DNA from: Vicugna vicugna
Lineage: Eukaryota
Assembly: GCA_013265495.1 (NCBI GenBank)
Contig: MU057887.1
Coordinates: 3,009,576-3,073,575 of the forward strand
Length of the DNA stretch: 64,000 nt
Direction of reading: 5' to 3'
The first letter of the stretch is position 1; the number at the start of each line of letters is the position of its first letter. Below, in pieces: positions 36,750-48,559 of this stretch. Below the pieces are notes generated by a model. It was not told the DNA's origin. It saw only the letters and a program-made list of their open reading frames with translations, and made no database searches. A program made the translations under genes and the position numbers.

Positions 36750-36856
36750 AGGGAGCGGGGAGGGAGGAGAGGGGAGGACGGAGCGGGAGGGAGCAGGGAG
36801 GGAGCAGGGGGGAGGATGGAGCGGGNNNNNNNNNNNNNNNNNNNNGCGGGGGGAGG
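36750..36856. repeat. G/A-rich low-complexity repeat containing a 20-N assembly gap (36826-36845)
   Basis: ggagcgggagggagcagggagggagcagggggg...NNN...gcggggggagggc seen directly. Confidence 0.9.
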
Positions 36857-38194
36857 GCATGTGGGGATTGGGACGCCCCACTCAGACCCCAGGACCCCGG
36901 CACTGCTGCTGACCTGGAGCCAACACGCTTCAGGCTTCAGTGCGGAGTGTGAGCCGGCCTCTGCCCACCCGACAGAGCCCAGGACCCAGAGCCCCGGCGT
37001 GCCTGCCACCTCTGCCAGCCGGCCGTCTGGGAAGGGAGGGGCGGGAAGGCTCCCCAGGGCACAAGGGATAACTTTGTTAAGCCGAATCTAATTAAAGAGC
37101 AGACAACATTTAAAACCAATTTGAAGTCAATGAATGCCCCCTGCCCTCCCCCATGCATTTTAACAGCCACGACGCTGTACCTTCCAAATCCATTTTATCC
37201 TGGTTACAACAGCTCCGCTCCGTGGAAATGGTTTAATCGGCTTCGCGGCTCCTCGCAGGCAGGCGGCCTGGGGCGGGTGCTTATTCTCCAGACTCGCTAG
37301 ACTGTATGAAAACAGACAGCTGTACCTGAGCCAACGGGCGTCTGTATTTGGGGCCAGAATCGAACATAAATGTCCTATTTAGGGTGCCTGGCCAGACTTC
37401 TCACTTCTCCCCAAATCCCAAGTGCCAAGTCTCTCTGCACACACTGATTCTGCAGTTAGTGCTCGCCTCGCTCGTCTCCTGCTGTGACTTACAGCGGGAT
37501 TTCTCTGCGGAGGAAGGCGCCTGAACGCGGGAGGCCGCTGCCTGGGCTGCGGAACCGCCCATACGTCTCACTGCGCTCTGCTTCTTCCCAGGCGGGGGGG
37601 GGGGGCGCCAGGAATGGTGACCCCACAGAGAAGATCCCCCTCACTTCGGGGGACCCAGAAGGAGCACGGCCCACTCACTAGGTCACCGAACGCCGGCGAG
37701 AGGAGCAACTTTCTAAAAACAGATGTGAAATCTGAGATGTCAGAGAAGTTAGGTAAGTGGCTTAGTGCAAACCATGGTTCCGTGGGATTCGAATCCTACT
37801 GGCCTTACCCACCCTGCTGCCTGCCTCCCAGGAGGGACTCCAGCTCTGAACCCGCTGCTTTGAAATTGCCTGTTTCCTTACTTCCGAACAGGATAAAGCA
37901 CCAGCTGATGCTGGGCACTCGATACGGCGTCGGATGGTGTGCACGTTCTGGGGACGGGTCCCTGTGCCGTCACTGCTATGAAGGCCAAGCCTGGCTCGCG
38001 CGTGGCAGCGGGTCCGTGTGCAGGTGACAGCTGTCGGCTCCCGCCCGGAGAAAACACTCACGGCCAAACGGTCTGCTGCCGACTGGAGCAGACGACACCC
38101 ACGGCTGCAACACCCACGGCTGTGACACCCGCCTGCCCGCAGAGGAGGGTGGACTGGAACAGCTGCCCCTGGTTGTTTACCGCCTCCATCCGGA

Positions 38195-38410
38195 GGACAC
38201 AAGCGGTGGTCCAAGGGCCCGATCTGGCCCTCCGCCTGTTGCTGCAGATGCAGTTTGATCGGGAAACAGCCGCATCCGCTGCCTTCTTCACTGTCTGTGT
38301 CTTCTCGTTCACTGAGTCGGGACAGTCGGGTACGTGTCGCAGAGGCACGTGGCCCACAAAGCCTAAAATATTCACGTTCCGCCTCTTTAGAGAGCCGTCC
38401 GGCCTTTGGG
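38195..38410 (+). mobile_element. MER58A-like hAT-Charlie DNA transposon relic
   Basis: gggcccgatctggccctccgcctgtt...gggaaacagccgca...tggcccacaaagcctaaaatattcac matches MER58A (ggccaaatccggcccgccgcctgt...tggcccgcaaagcctaaaatattta). Confidence 0.8.
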
Positions 38411-41400
38411 GAACCAGGCCCTGTGACCCTTCACACACTCGTTCATAAGGCTGTCTGACAGCCTCCACTGGGTGCTTGTATCCTGCAGAGAAAACGCCAC
38501 ACGTGTCGGCCTTGGGTCCCCAGAACCATCCCCGGTGAATGGCTATGGAGTGGAAGTTAAGCTGGGAGCCTGAGTTAGGAAACCAAGGAGCAGGGTGAAT
38601 TCCCGGGGGAGAATGGCCCTCTTCTCCTGCGTCAGAAGCCAGACAGCAGCATCCGGAAGGCTGGGCCAGGCCCCAGCGCTGCCCCTCAGCTGGGCAGGCG
38701 GGGAGAGGCGCCCCCCTTGGCCTGGGGGCTGGTGGGAGTGGACCGCAGAGCCCGGTTCCCGAGCTGCCCCGCAGGCCGCGTGCCTCCCGCCCTGCCCGAC
38801 GCCGCCCAGTCCTTCTGGGCTCCCAGCACAGCGAGGGGCAGAGCCGGCCCAGGGCTTGCGGACGGGAAGCCATCGAGACAGAGAGGAGGTAGCTGCCCAC
38901 CTGACTCACACGTCCCTGACCAGAGCTGTCAGGACAGGAGTCGTGCGGGGGACGTCATGTGGTGTGTGAAGTTGTGAGCCCTGCCCTGTCCGTCGGGCTC
39001 AGGCTGGTGGAGAAAATGACTGTTACTCCCGGGACCTGTGTTACGTGACGTGCACCCAGCACGTCTCAGGACACCGGGGTCCCTGACCTTGCTCTTCGAG
39101 AACCACCTCAGTTCCAAGCCAGGGGACAGTGACGGAGACCCCCCCCACCCTTTCATCATAAAACACCCTGTGGAGACGGACATCCACCAACGTTCAGGAT
39201 AGGACTTTGGACATTCTCTGCCTGTTGTGTAATTACTTGATTTTGTTTGATTTTATTCACAAAATAATTAGCCTACTAAGCATCTAATTATCGCTGAGGC
39301 GTGCCTTCCCCACATCAGCGGGCACACCTCGGTGAGACGAGCAAACATCGCTGCCTCCATCTCCGGACGCAGTAACGTTGTGGAATGAGTTATTTTCTTT
39401 TAATAAAGCAGCTCCGGATTCATCCTGCCCTGGGTGTCCACCACGCATTGTTTGTGCCTCGTTACAGTTTCAGTTGCCAGTTTCCTTTGAAAGACAACAA
39501 TGTTTCCAATTGAAAGTGACTCAGGAAACAGTAACTCCAGCTCAAGGTCAAAGCTCCCCTCTAATCCCGAGTAAACAGGGTGAATCTTTTATCTCCGGTT
39601 TCTCGGAGATTAGGGCAGCCGCATTCTCTTCCGTTTATTAAAGGTGCGGATCTGAGTGTCTGCGGCAGATACCGGTCGGGAAGGCTAATTAGAGAGATGG
39701 GCAGATAAATTGGATGGCTTATAATTTATCTAATCATGAAGTCAACTCTGCCCGGGGCCTGCGGTGTGCACCAGGAGCGATTTCTATCTGTGGTGTGCTC
39801 TGATGATCCGGGAGGGGAAGCCTCTGTGGAACTGGTTGCTTCAGAAAGTTTCTGTCTGTGGCCCAGATGACCCGGCTTTTGCACCAGGCCGACCTCAGAG
39901 AGGGCCGTTCCTGCTCCTGGTCCAGCCACATCCTGGGGTGTGACCTGGGGCAGATGACCTGTCCACCTGGAGCCTCGCTTTGTGGGAAAATGCATCTAAC
40001 GTGTTTTGCCTGCTGCCTGACACCTTCCCACCTGCCTGGAGGGAGTGGGCGTGGCCTGGGCCCCGGGAGCTGCCCCGCCCGCCCGCAGCTCCTTGGGACA
40101 GGGCCTCCTCCCCATTGAGCAGGTGCTGTCCCCAGGGCCTGCAGGAAGTCTGTTGGTCCTGGGGGTGCCCAGCAGGCTGGAGCCGCCCCCCAGGCACCCT
40201 GAGAGGAGTGACGACCGTTTGAGTCTCTGGATTTGGAGACACTGGTGTTTCTCTCCCTCCTGCAGGAGGAGTAACACCCCTACCCCCGCTGCCCAGCCCC
40301 CCTGCAGGGTGAGCACAGGGGCTGCCTGCACGCTGGGGTGAGGGCCCTTCCCTAGAGAAGATAAATCACTTTGATAGACCGATTTTTATAATCTGTCAAT
40401 TGTGTAAAACCCTTTTCAATTTGGGGGGAAGGCAGAGCGGCTGAAAAATCGATCAGGAGATGAGGTCTCTCTGGAAGGAGGAATTACCGGGGGGGCCAGA
40501 TGTTGGCTTTCAGAGACACCGCAGCCTGGACCCGCGGTAGGGGCCCAGCACAGGGAGGGGGACCCGAGGCTGGCCGGGGGGGTGGGTAGGCTGACCAGAT
40601 GGAGCCCACCCCCTCGGCCTGGATGGCTCCCACCTGAGACCCAGAAACAGCAGCCCCTCGGCCTGGGGCCCTGAGCAGGGACAGAGAGGCTCAGCAGAGA
40701 GTTCCACCAGGACCCGAGAAAGGCTGGTGCCTCAGCTGCCCAGGGGGCGTGCGGGGCAAGGCGGCGAACTGGCCACGGAGGGGCCCCGGCCTCAGCGGGG
40801 TCTGGCCTCACCGCTGCCTCTCAGGATGGGCGGATCTGGGGTGAAGGCGTGGTGACACGGGACATGAAGGTGTCAGCGGACTTGCTTCCTCCTCAGATGC
40901 CTGAGAAGGGGGGCACCTCTCCCCTCCTGACTGAATGGAGACGCTGTGTCTGGTCTGTGACAGACAGTTCCCCGGGGGCAGGGGTGAGCTCCCGAGCTGG
41001 CTCCCTCCCCACAGGCGGTCCGGAGCAGGACTGCAGCTCAGGGCCTGTGCCAGGGTGGGGCCTGCTGTCTGCTGCTCCAGGTGCGGGCTGGGCTCTGGGC
41101 CACGGGTCAGGGCTCGGGAGAAGTCCAAGGAGGGGCCTGCCAGCACCCTTCAACCCAGAGGGGAGTCAGGGGTCCAACCCCAGGGTGCAAAAAAGCAGGG
41201 ACCCTCCGGGCCCACCACATGGGGCACCGGGGGTGATGCTCAGCCAGGGCCTGGGGAGGAGGGGATGCTGGAGGCCAAGCAGACCCGGGGCAGAGCCAGG
41301 ACCAGAGGTCCTGAGTGAGGCCCCGGCCCCAGCAGAGGTGTCCAAGCCCCCAGTAGATGAGTGAACCAAAGCTCAGGTGTGTGCGTGCAGCAGGTGCCGC

Positions 41401-41994
41401 CCAGGGGCTCGGGGAGCCCTGGCGTGAGGTTCGGATGCCCAACGCTGGGCCTGGAGGGCAGGCAAGGGTCAACCCAGGCACAGGTACTGTTGCTAGGTAC
41501 TAGGTATTGGGCACAGGCTGCTGAGCCCTGGGTACTGGCACTGGGTTTGGGGCACCAGGTACCTGGTACAGGGCAGCAACACCAACCCTGAGCCCCAAGG
41601 TGTCCCTGCCCTCGCTGCTCTGCTGGAGAGGGGGCCGGGGCGGGGGAGGTCCAGGTGGCTCCGCCCTCGGGGGCCCTCCTCACCAGGGGAGGCCCTGCCA
41701 GGTACCTGTGCTCAGGGCCGTGGGCCACCTTCCTTCCCCAGGAGCTGAAAAGAGGGGAAAATTCGCCAGAGCTGCTTGCTGGGGTGGAGAATCTCTTCCC
41801 TGGAGCCTGGAGCACATCTGGGCCCAGACCCTGCCGTGGTGCACGGTGTCGGCTTCCCAGGCTGCCGTCTTGTCTCCTGGGAGGCGGTGGAGGCGGGGCT
41901 GCAGCTGCGCCCCCCCCCCACCTCGGCAGCTGCAGCAGGGCCGCCCTCCGCCCCCCGCTCCTGTGGGACACAGAGCAGGATGCCTGGCCCCTCT

Positions 41995-42050
41995 GTGCCT
42001 TGCTTTCCCCATCTGTAAACAAGGGTGCAGCACAGCTTCCTGGGCGGGGA
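41995..42050 (-). mobile_element. MIR fragment
   Basis: tgtgccttgctttccccatctgtaaacaaggg resembles the reverse MIR core. Confidence 0.6.
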
Positions 42051-44994
42051 AGATGACACAAGCACACTCAAATCAGGACAGAGGGCCCGGCACAGAAGGG
42101 CTTACGTGGTTATGAAACAAAGTAAAGTGAAGAACAACTCTGCAAAGTGAAAGATGAAACAGACGAACCCAAACATGTGTCGGCTTGGACGCAGGGGCCA
42201 CCCCTCCCCTGCCGCGGGTGACAACCCACACCACTCCTGCACGGGGAGGCCTCACCACCCAGAGGCATCAGATCCGGGCGGCATTCATTCTGCGCAGCTC
42301 GTGTCGATCAAATGCGTGAGGAAATTCTGTCTCACGTACGCGGCATGGAGAACGGCACGGAGATCACTGACCCCCTGTTCACAGGAACTGGGCTCCTGAG
42401 ACTTCCAGTCAGAGGATTAAGCTACCGACGAGGCACAAACTACCGTTCCCCATTTGCTTCAAGCAGTTCCTGGGCGTGCGGCGGCCTGGGCGTGCCGGCT
42501 GACGTGCGGGCTGGTTTGCACTCAGGTGACCGTGACTCTGCTGTGCGCCCGCCCGCTTGCTGAGCCGTGGCCGCCGCGGGGATGTGTCTGGCTCCTCTGG
42601 AGGAACTTCACGTGGCTCTGGTGACCCTTCCTTTCCCCCCTCCCCCTCTTTACTCTCCATGAGAGTACTTTTCTCAAGTGGGCCTTGATCACATTTCTCA
42701 CTTTGATAAAATCTCTGAGAGCTTGTCTAGAAGAATGGAGGCAGTGAGCTGCCCCGTCTGAAAGGGGGGGCTCGTCTCTCCGCACCACTCCGGGGCCAGC
42801 GGCCCCATGCTCGGCACTCACTGTCAAAGGCACCCCAAGCTGACCCCGCAGCTCCGAGCTGGGGGTCCCCACGGAGCCGCACAGCCCCTCAGGCCTCCGT
42901 GTGTCGTCCGTACACCAGAGCTCCGTGGGACCTCCGAAGGGGCGGGTGAGGAAGGCCTGGGAGGCTCCGGGGAGGGGCCGCTGTCGGCGCTCCCCCTGGG
43001 GCTCGGGCCTTTCCCCCCCCCAGTGCCCGGGTCCCCACGAGACCAGATGCTCCTGCCAGTGCACGCCCGTGGAGCCCCCACTCGAACAGCGTGATCTGTA
43101 AACAGAACCTTCCCTCGGAGTGGAGCCGGAGTCTGACAGCGAGGTGTCTGCAGGGCCACCCCCCCCACAGGGGCTCTGGGAGCGTCCCTCCCACATCTCC
43201 CCCGGGAGTGCCTGGCGCCCCTTGGCCCATGGCCACATCACCCCCTCTCTGCCTCCGTCTTCACGTGGCGCCTGCCCTGCGTGTCTGACCTCTCTCTACC
43301 GTTGCCTCAGCAGGACTCTTGTCCCTGGGTCTGGGCCCCCAGGTAACCAGGATCAGGCCCTCCTTTCAAACCCCTTAAATCCACCTTTTGCCACGTGAAC
43401 CAGTCACAGGTCTGGGACTGGGACGAGGACACTCCTTTGGAGAACAGCCACCCGCCCGCTCTGCTGGCCCGTCTTCCTCTCCTGTGTCTGAGCGGTGCAA
43501 ACCGCATGTGCTGTTGCAGAATCCTGGGGTGCAACCCCCAGACCTCCAAGCCCCCTGGGAACTTGGCCTGAGGACCCCCAGCTTTCTCCGAGGCCCCACC
43601 AATGCCACGCACCACACCCATGTTTCCACCTCCCCTGGGCCTGACCTCCGTCCACGGACCCCACTCCTGCCTCCACAACGCTGCTTCCCAGGGTCTTCCC
43701 CTGAGCTGCGGGGGAGGCACATGGAGGCCCCAGGTGCTGTCTGGGGGTCCTGCTGGGGGAAAACCCACCATGCTCCCCACCGCCCCCACCATCCCCTCCT
43801 GAAGGGCCGTGCCAGTCTGGGGAGCAGAGCAGGGCCCATGACGCTCCCTGCCTCATCCCGGAACCTCCCCCAGGATGCCCCCCGTGCCTGTCTCCTGACC
43901 CACCCCCTGCACCCTGGCCTGTCCTCCTTCCTTCCTCACTCTGGAACTCCTGGCACGGTGACCTCGACTCTCGCACCCTCTAATGCTCACCTGTCACCTC
44001 TGCTGTTCAGGGTGAGGCACTGTTGCCTGGCCGGGGACAGGGCAGGCCCTCCATACACAGCAGTGACCGGCACCCGGGGGCCATAGGGGGCTTCTTCCCT
44101 GCTGGCTGTTCAGAGAGTCTGCCCGAGGACATATTCTTCTGAAATTCAACTTAATTCCACCGCCTCTGTTGACATATATGTGCTCAAAGCCTCACTGCTG
44201 TCCGCACAGCCTGCCTTTCTGGCTTCATCAGTCAGCCTGGCCCTGCTGTTACCTCCTCTCACCTCCCCTGCACCATCAGATGCCACCGGGGGACGCAGAG
44301 AGCCTGCCTGTCTCGGCCACACCGGGCAGTGGCCACTCATGTGGCCTGCAGTTTGGGGTCGTTAACCAGCCCTCTAATGAGGGCAGCGCGGTCCCGGCCA
44401 GCTCCTCTGCCGCCTCTCAAGGGCACAGATGCCGGGAGCGAGCTGGGCGGCTCTGAGGCTGCGCTCCACAGGCAGGGACGCCGTGCAAGAGACATAGGCC
44501 TTGCCGTCGGGGCCGTCTCTTTCCGTCTCCCCAGAGGCTGATGCTCCTTGGCAGGTTCTCATCAGGAGCCCAGAACCAGAGGCCGCAGGTGTGGACCTCA
44601 AAAGGGGGTGAGCATGTGATGGCCGGCTGGTCCAAGGGTGTCGAGGAGCCTCTGGGAGGCACAGGATGCCTGGGTCTCCATCCTAGTCTGGGAGGGGTTC
44701 CAGCACAGCCCTGGGTGTGTGGGGAGGGGCAGCTTCCCAGGGACGGGGCCCAGATACCTGCCCTGGGTGGGGGGGATGGGATGTGGGTGCTGCTGGCCCC
44801 CCGCGTTGCCGTGTGGCGCAGGGCGCTGTCATGTTAGTGTTGGTGAGACATCTGGGGAACCCACCAGGCCCACCCATGGAGGGGAGGCAGAAAGAGCCCA
44901 GCCCCCGCCCCAGGTCCTGGCGTTGGTGCAGCAGAAAGAGACGTGAGTGGGTGAACGGGGACTGTCCGTGCAGGACTCGTCTGACCACGTGGAC

Positions 44995-45078
44995 CCCAGA
45001 CAGTAGGTACCGTCACTGTCCCCGTTTCCACAGAAGGAAACAGAGGCGCAGAGGGACTGTGACTTGCCCAAGGTGAAT
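44995..45078 (+). mobile_element. MIR fragment
   Basis: gtaggtaccgtcactgtccccgtttccacagaaggaaacagaggcgcagagggactgtgacttgcccaaggt follows the MIR core. Confidence 0.75.
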
Positions 45079-45810
45079 GAGTGGGGTTGGCAGGAACAGG
45101 GATCGGGCCAGGCAAGCTGGCTCCAGCGTTCAGCCACGAGGGCGATGTTCTCGTCTGGTCTGGTCTGTGCCGCCAAGCAAGGCAGCCGATGGCCACCGTG
45201 GCTGCTGAACACTGAACATGTGACTTGGCCGTGATTACTTCTGCTCTGATCAGCTGTCTGCAGCCAGAGCTCTGGCAACGGTCAGGGTGGCTCAGGAGAC
45301 CTTCCCACGGCCCCTCCTGACCCCCGTTGTGCGCCTTCCCCTGGGAAAGCCCACCACGCCCGCACTTCCCCTGGAGACGCCCGTCTCCCTCCCACTCAGA
45401 GTCGACATCCGCCCGGGCATTCCTACCTGCATGGGCCAGGGAGCACCCTGCCCAGTGTCCGTGCTGACCTCTTCGCCCCCAGGCTCCTCCCTCCCATCAG
45501 TGGGTGGCTCCATCCTTGGGTCAGCGGCTCCTTCAGTCCGCAACCCACAGATGGCTGTGCGCACTCTGGGCTTCCCTCGGGCCATCACGCCCCTGCCCTT
45601 CTCTGCTCAGTGAGCCCCTCCTGCAGCCGCACCGGCCTCCAGTGTGGGAACCACCCAGCGTCTCCACAAGCCACTGCCCCCAGGGATGCGGCAGTGGAGC
45701 AGAGCCCCCAGCCGAGGAACTGTCCAGACCCCTAAGTGCGACTTGCAAGAAGAGCGCCCGGGTCTGGGCGGGCGGCGTTGCCCGATGTCACGCCCTCTGC
45801 GCCTTCGTGG

Positions 45811-46205
45811 TATGAGCACCCTGGCATGACTGTGACAGCCCCACGGACAGGGTGGCTTAAAGCAAGATCTGACCTGGCCTCCCCGCCCAGTGGGGTGCCG
45901 GCCCCTCCCCCTCCGGAGGCTCCAGGGGAGACGCTTTCTTCCCGGGAGAGCTGGGTTCCTGGGCTCGGGGCCCCTCTTCCACCTACGAAGTCGGCAGCAC
46001 GGGTCCTTCGGTCTGACCTTTCCCTGCCTCCCTCTTGTGAGGACCCGTGCAACTGCACTGGTCCCTCACAGAAAATGCTGCAGAAACTCAAATCTCCAAA
46101 TTCTTAACTCAGCCACATCCAGAGTCCCTTTTGCCACGGAAGGTGTCATTCACAGGCTCCAGGGATGGGGGCTTGGACGTCCCCAGGAGCACAGCTCAGC
46201 TCTCC
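45811..46205 (-). mobile_element. MaLR LTR, MLT1D-like
   Basis: gggtggcttaaagcaa; cctgcctccctcttgtgaggacccgtgcaactgcactgg; ttcttaactcagccacatccagagtcccttttgccacggaaggtgtcattcacaggctccaggga match reverse MLT1D. Confidence 0.8.
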
Positions 46206-48559
46206 AGGACCGCCGTCGTGCCCGAGGCCCAAGCACACGCTCGGGGGCCATGCCCTCCCCCCAGCAGCCCCTGCCCTACGCGTGGCGCTGCCCACCCTGA
46301 CTCCCATCTTTGCTCTGTGCCCAAGTGCCACCTCCCTGTCCCCGCTCAGCAGATGACTGAGCTCACACTCTGGGCCGGGCCCTGGACCGCAGGGCAGGAT
46401 GCAACATGAGCAGAGCTCAGCCGGAGCCGGGGAGGATGGAGAGGGAGACTGTGCAAGCAGCAGCTCTGAGCTTGGCAGGGCCCATGGTGGGGCGGGCAGA
46501 GGGCTTCCATAACTTCAGAGGGGCTTCAGGCTGAGTCTGAGGGGCAGCGTGGCCCTGAACACTGAGAAGTCTCAGGCAAATTGGTCAAGACAGCAGGAAC
46601 GCCGGGTGAGGCAAACCAGGAAGGCGGCGCCGGTGGCGTCAGGGAAGCTCTGGGCCAAGATGCTGGGGTGGCCGGGGCTCCCCGAGGAGCCGCAGGGCAC
46701 GTTGACGGGGCCCTTCCATGCCCTGAGGCGTCACATCACCAACCAGCCTCCATGCAGCTTGGGAGCTGGCGCGGCTCCGAGTGGGAGCCAGAGGCCCGGG
46801 GCCAAGTGGATGGCGTGTTTCTGTGAACTGTCTGGGGGCGAGAGGAGGCAGATGAAATTAAGATATGAACATAATCGCATCACCTGCGCGCAGGGCTCCG
46901 GGGGCCGCCCCTCCCGCTCCCCACCCGGCCCCAGACGCAGGAACACAGAACTGAATTAACTCCCCTAGCTGCTGCAGCCACGGCTCTGGTTCTGCTCCGC
47001 GATGCTGTTCCTTTGATGTTAATCACCTGCTTTTCTCCGGGATTTTGCCTCCAGCTGGGAGACTTTGCTTAGACCCCAAAGACCCCACATGCAGTGCGTA
47101 GAACCCCCAACCGGGGACTTTCTCCCGCACCAGCCCCAGGACTGTACCAGTTCTGAGCGTTTGTTTCCTGGAGAAATCACACGCGCCTCACCTGGGATGC
47201 CCCCCACCCAACCTGGTCCCAGCCGGTCTACCAGTGCGCACTGCGGATCAGGGCAGCCCACTGGGGCAGGCACCCTGAGCCTCACACGCAGCAGGATTGG
47301 GGGAACCCGGAACAGGAGGCGGGAGGCTGTGGTGAGCGCGAGGGACGGACGAGGCCACGTCCAGGTCCTCCTGCTGAGCCACCCCCGGGGGTGAAACATA
47401 CACAGAAGCCCGAGGAGGATCGTGGCAAGACAGGTGTCATCGTCAGAGACGCTGGCCTGAGCCTTGGCTGCGCCCCGACCCACGCAATCTCAGGTGAGCT
47501 GCCCCGTTCACCTGTTACACAGCCGACGGGAGCACCTGCCTGGCCAGCCTCAGGTGGTGACACGGGAAGGCACCCAGCAGTGCCTGCTGGGGGTCAGCGA
47601 CTGTAATCATCGCCATCCTCCTCGAATGAGCAAAATCACGTCGCCTCCCTGAGAGTACGAACTCAGATCTGAGTAGGTAGAGACACATCCCAGAAAATGC
47701 TCTTTGAGGAATCTTCCCCAATGGGGTCTGCAGACCCCTTGACTCAGAAAAACTGACGCTGGGAGTGGGTACCTGGACTCTTGCTCAGGCCACTGCATCA
47801 GGATCTCAGGGGGCGGGTCCCAGAAGAGCCCAGGAAGCCACGGGGCTCCTGGTCCTTCTAGAGCATCACACACAAAGCTGCTTCTACCTCATCCCCTCCA
47901 ATGACGCCCGCAGGACACAGAGCACACACAGCCCATGAGTACAGAGAATGGTGGCTCAGTGCGCAGGTCCATGGAAAACCAAGAGAAGACCCGCAGGTTG
48001 AGAAGCCACAGAGAAGGCAGCCTCCATGAGCCACAGGGTGAGTCCAGGGCCAGGGGGGCACAACACAAGGGTGGGGCGCACATCCTTGGGAGGGACAGTC
48101 AGACCCTGTCCTCTCCCCGTGGCAGACGGCCCAGTCCAGCACAATCCTCTGAAAGGGTGACACAGGCTCCCTGGGACCTGGGGCTTCGTGAGCAGCTGAG
48201 GCAGGGGCGATGGAGGGGAGGGAGTGAGAAAGGGGAGGGTGATTCCCCAGCCCCTCTGCTGACCTAGCTCCCTGAGCAGAAGCAGTTAGAGTCACATTCT
48301 CCCATTCTTCTGTCTCTGGGGACGGTTAGACCACAGGGACCTCCAGGGGCCCCTGTGAAGTGGCCTCACACATGCGGCTGAGGGGCTGATGAAGACTGCT
48401 TGCCACACAGCTCCCTGCCAGGAGGTGACATATTAAAAACAGCGACCCCTGGATGGCAGGGAAACCGCCAGCGCGGAGAAAGGACCACACCATCAAGTGG
48501 ACAAGGGACCCAGAGACGCGGGGGCCAGAGGAGGGCAAGCAGCAACAAAGGGGCAAAAG

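Noticed and set aside
38095-38136. 15-bp unit repeated about 2.5 times (acacccacggctg..)
   Set aside because: Short local slippage duplication with no further structure.
41470-41590. Repeated ggtact/ggcac motifs as an array (CRISPR-like or minisatellite)
   Set aside because: Irregular low-complexity sequence without constant repeat or spacer length; mammalian context.
44281-44300. CTCF-like motif ccaccgggggacgc
   Set aside because: Two mismatches to the core, including the GGC; such near-matches are common at this GC content.
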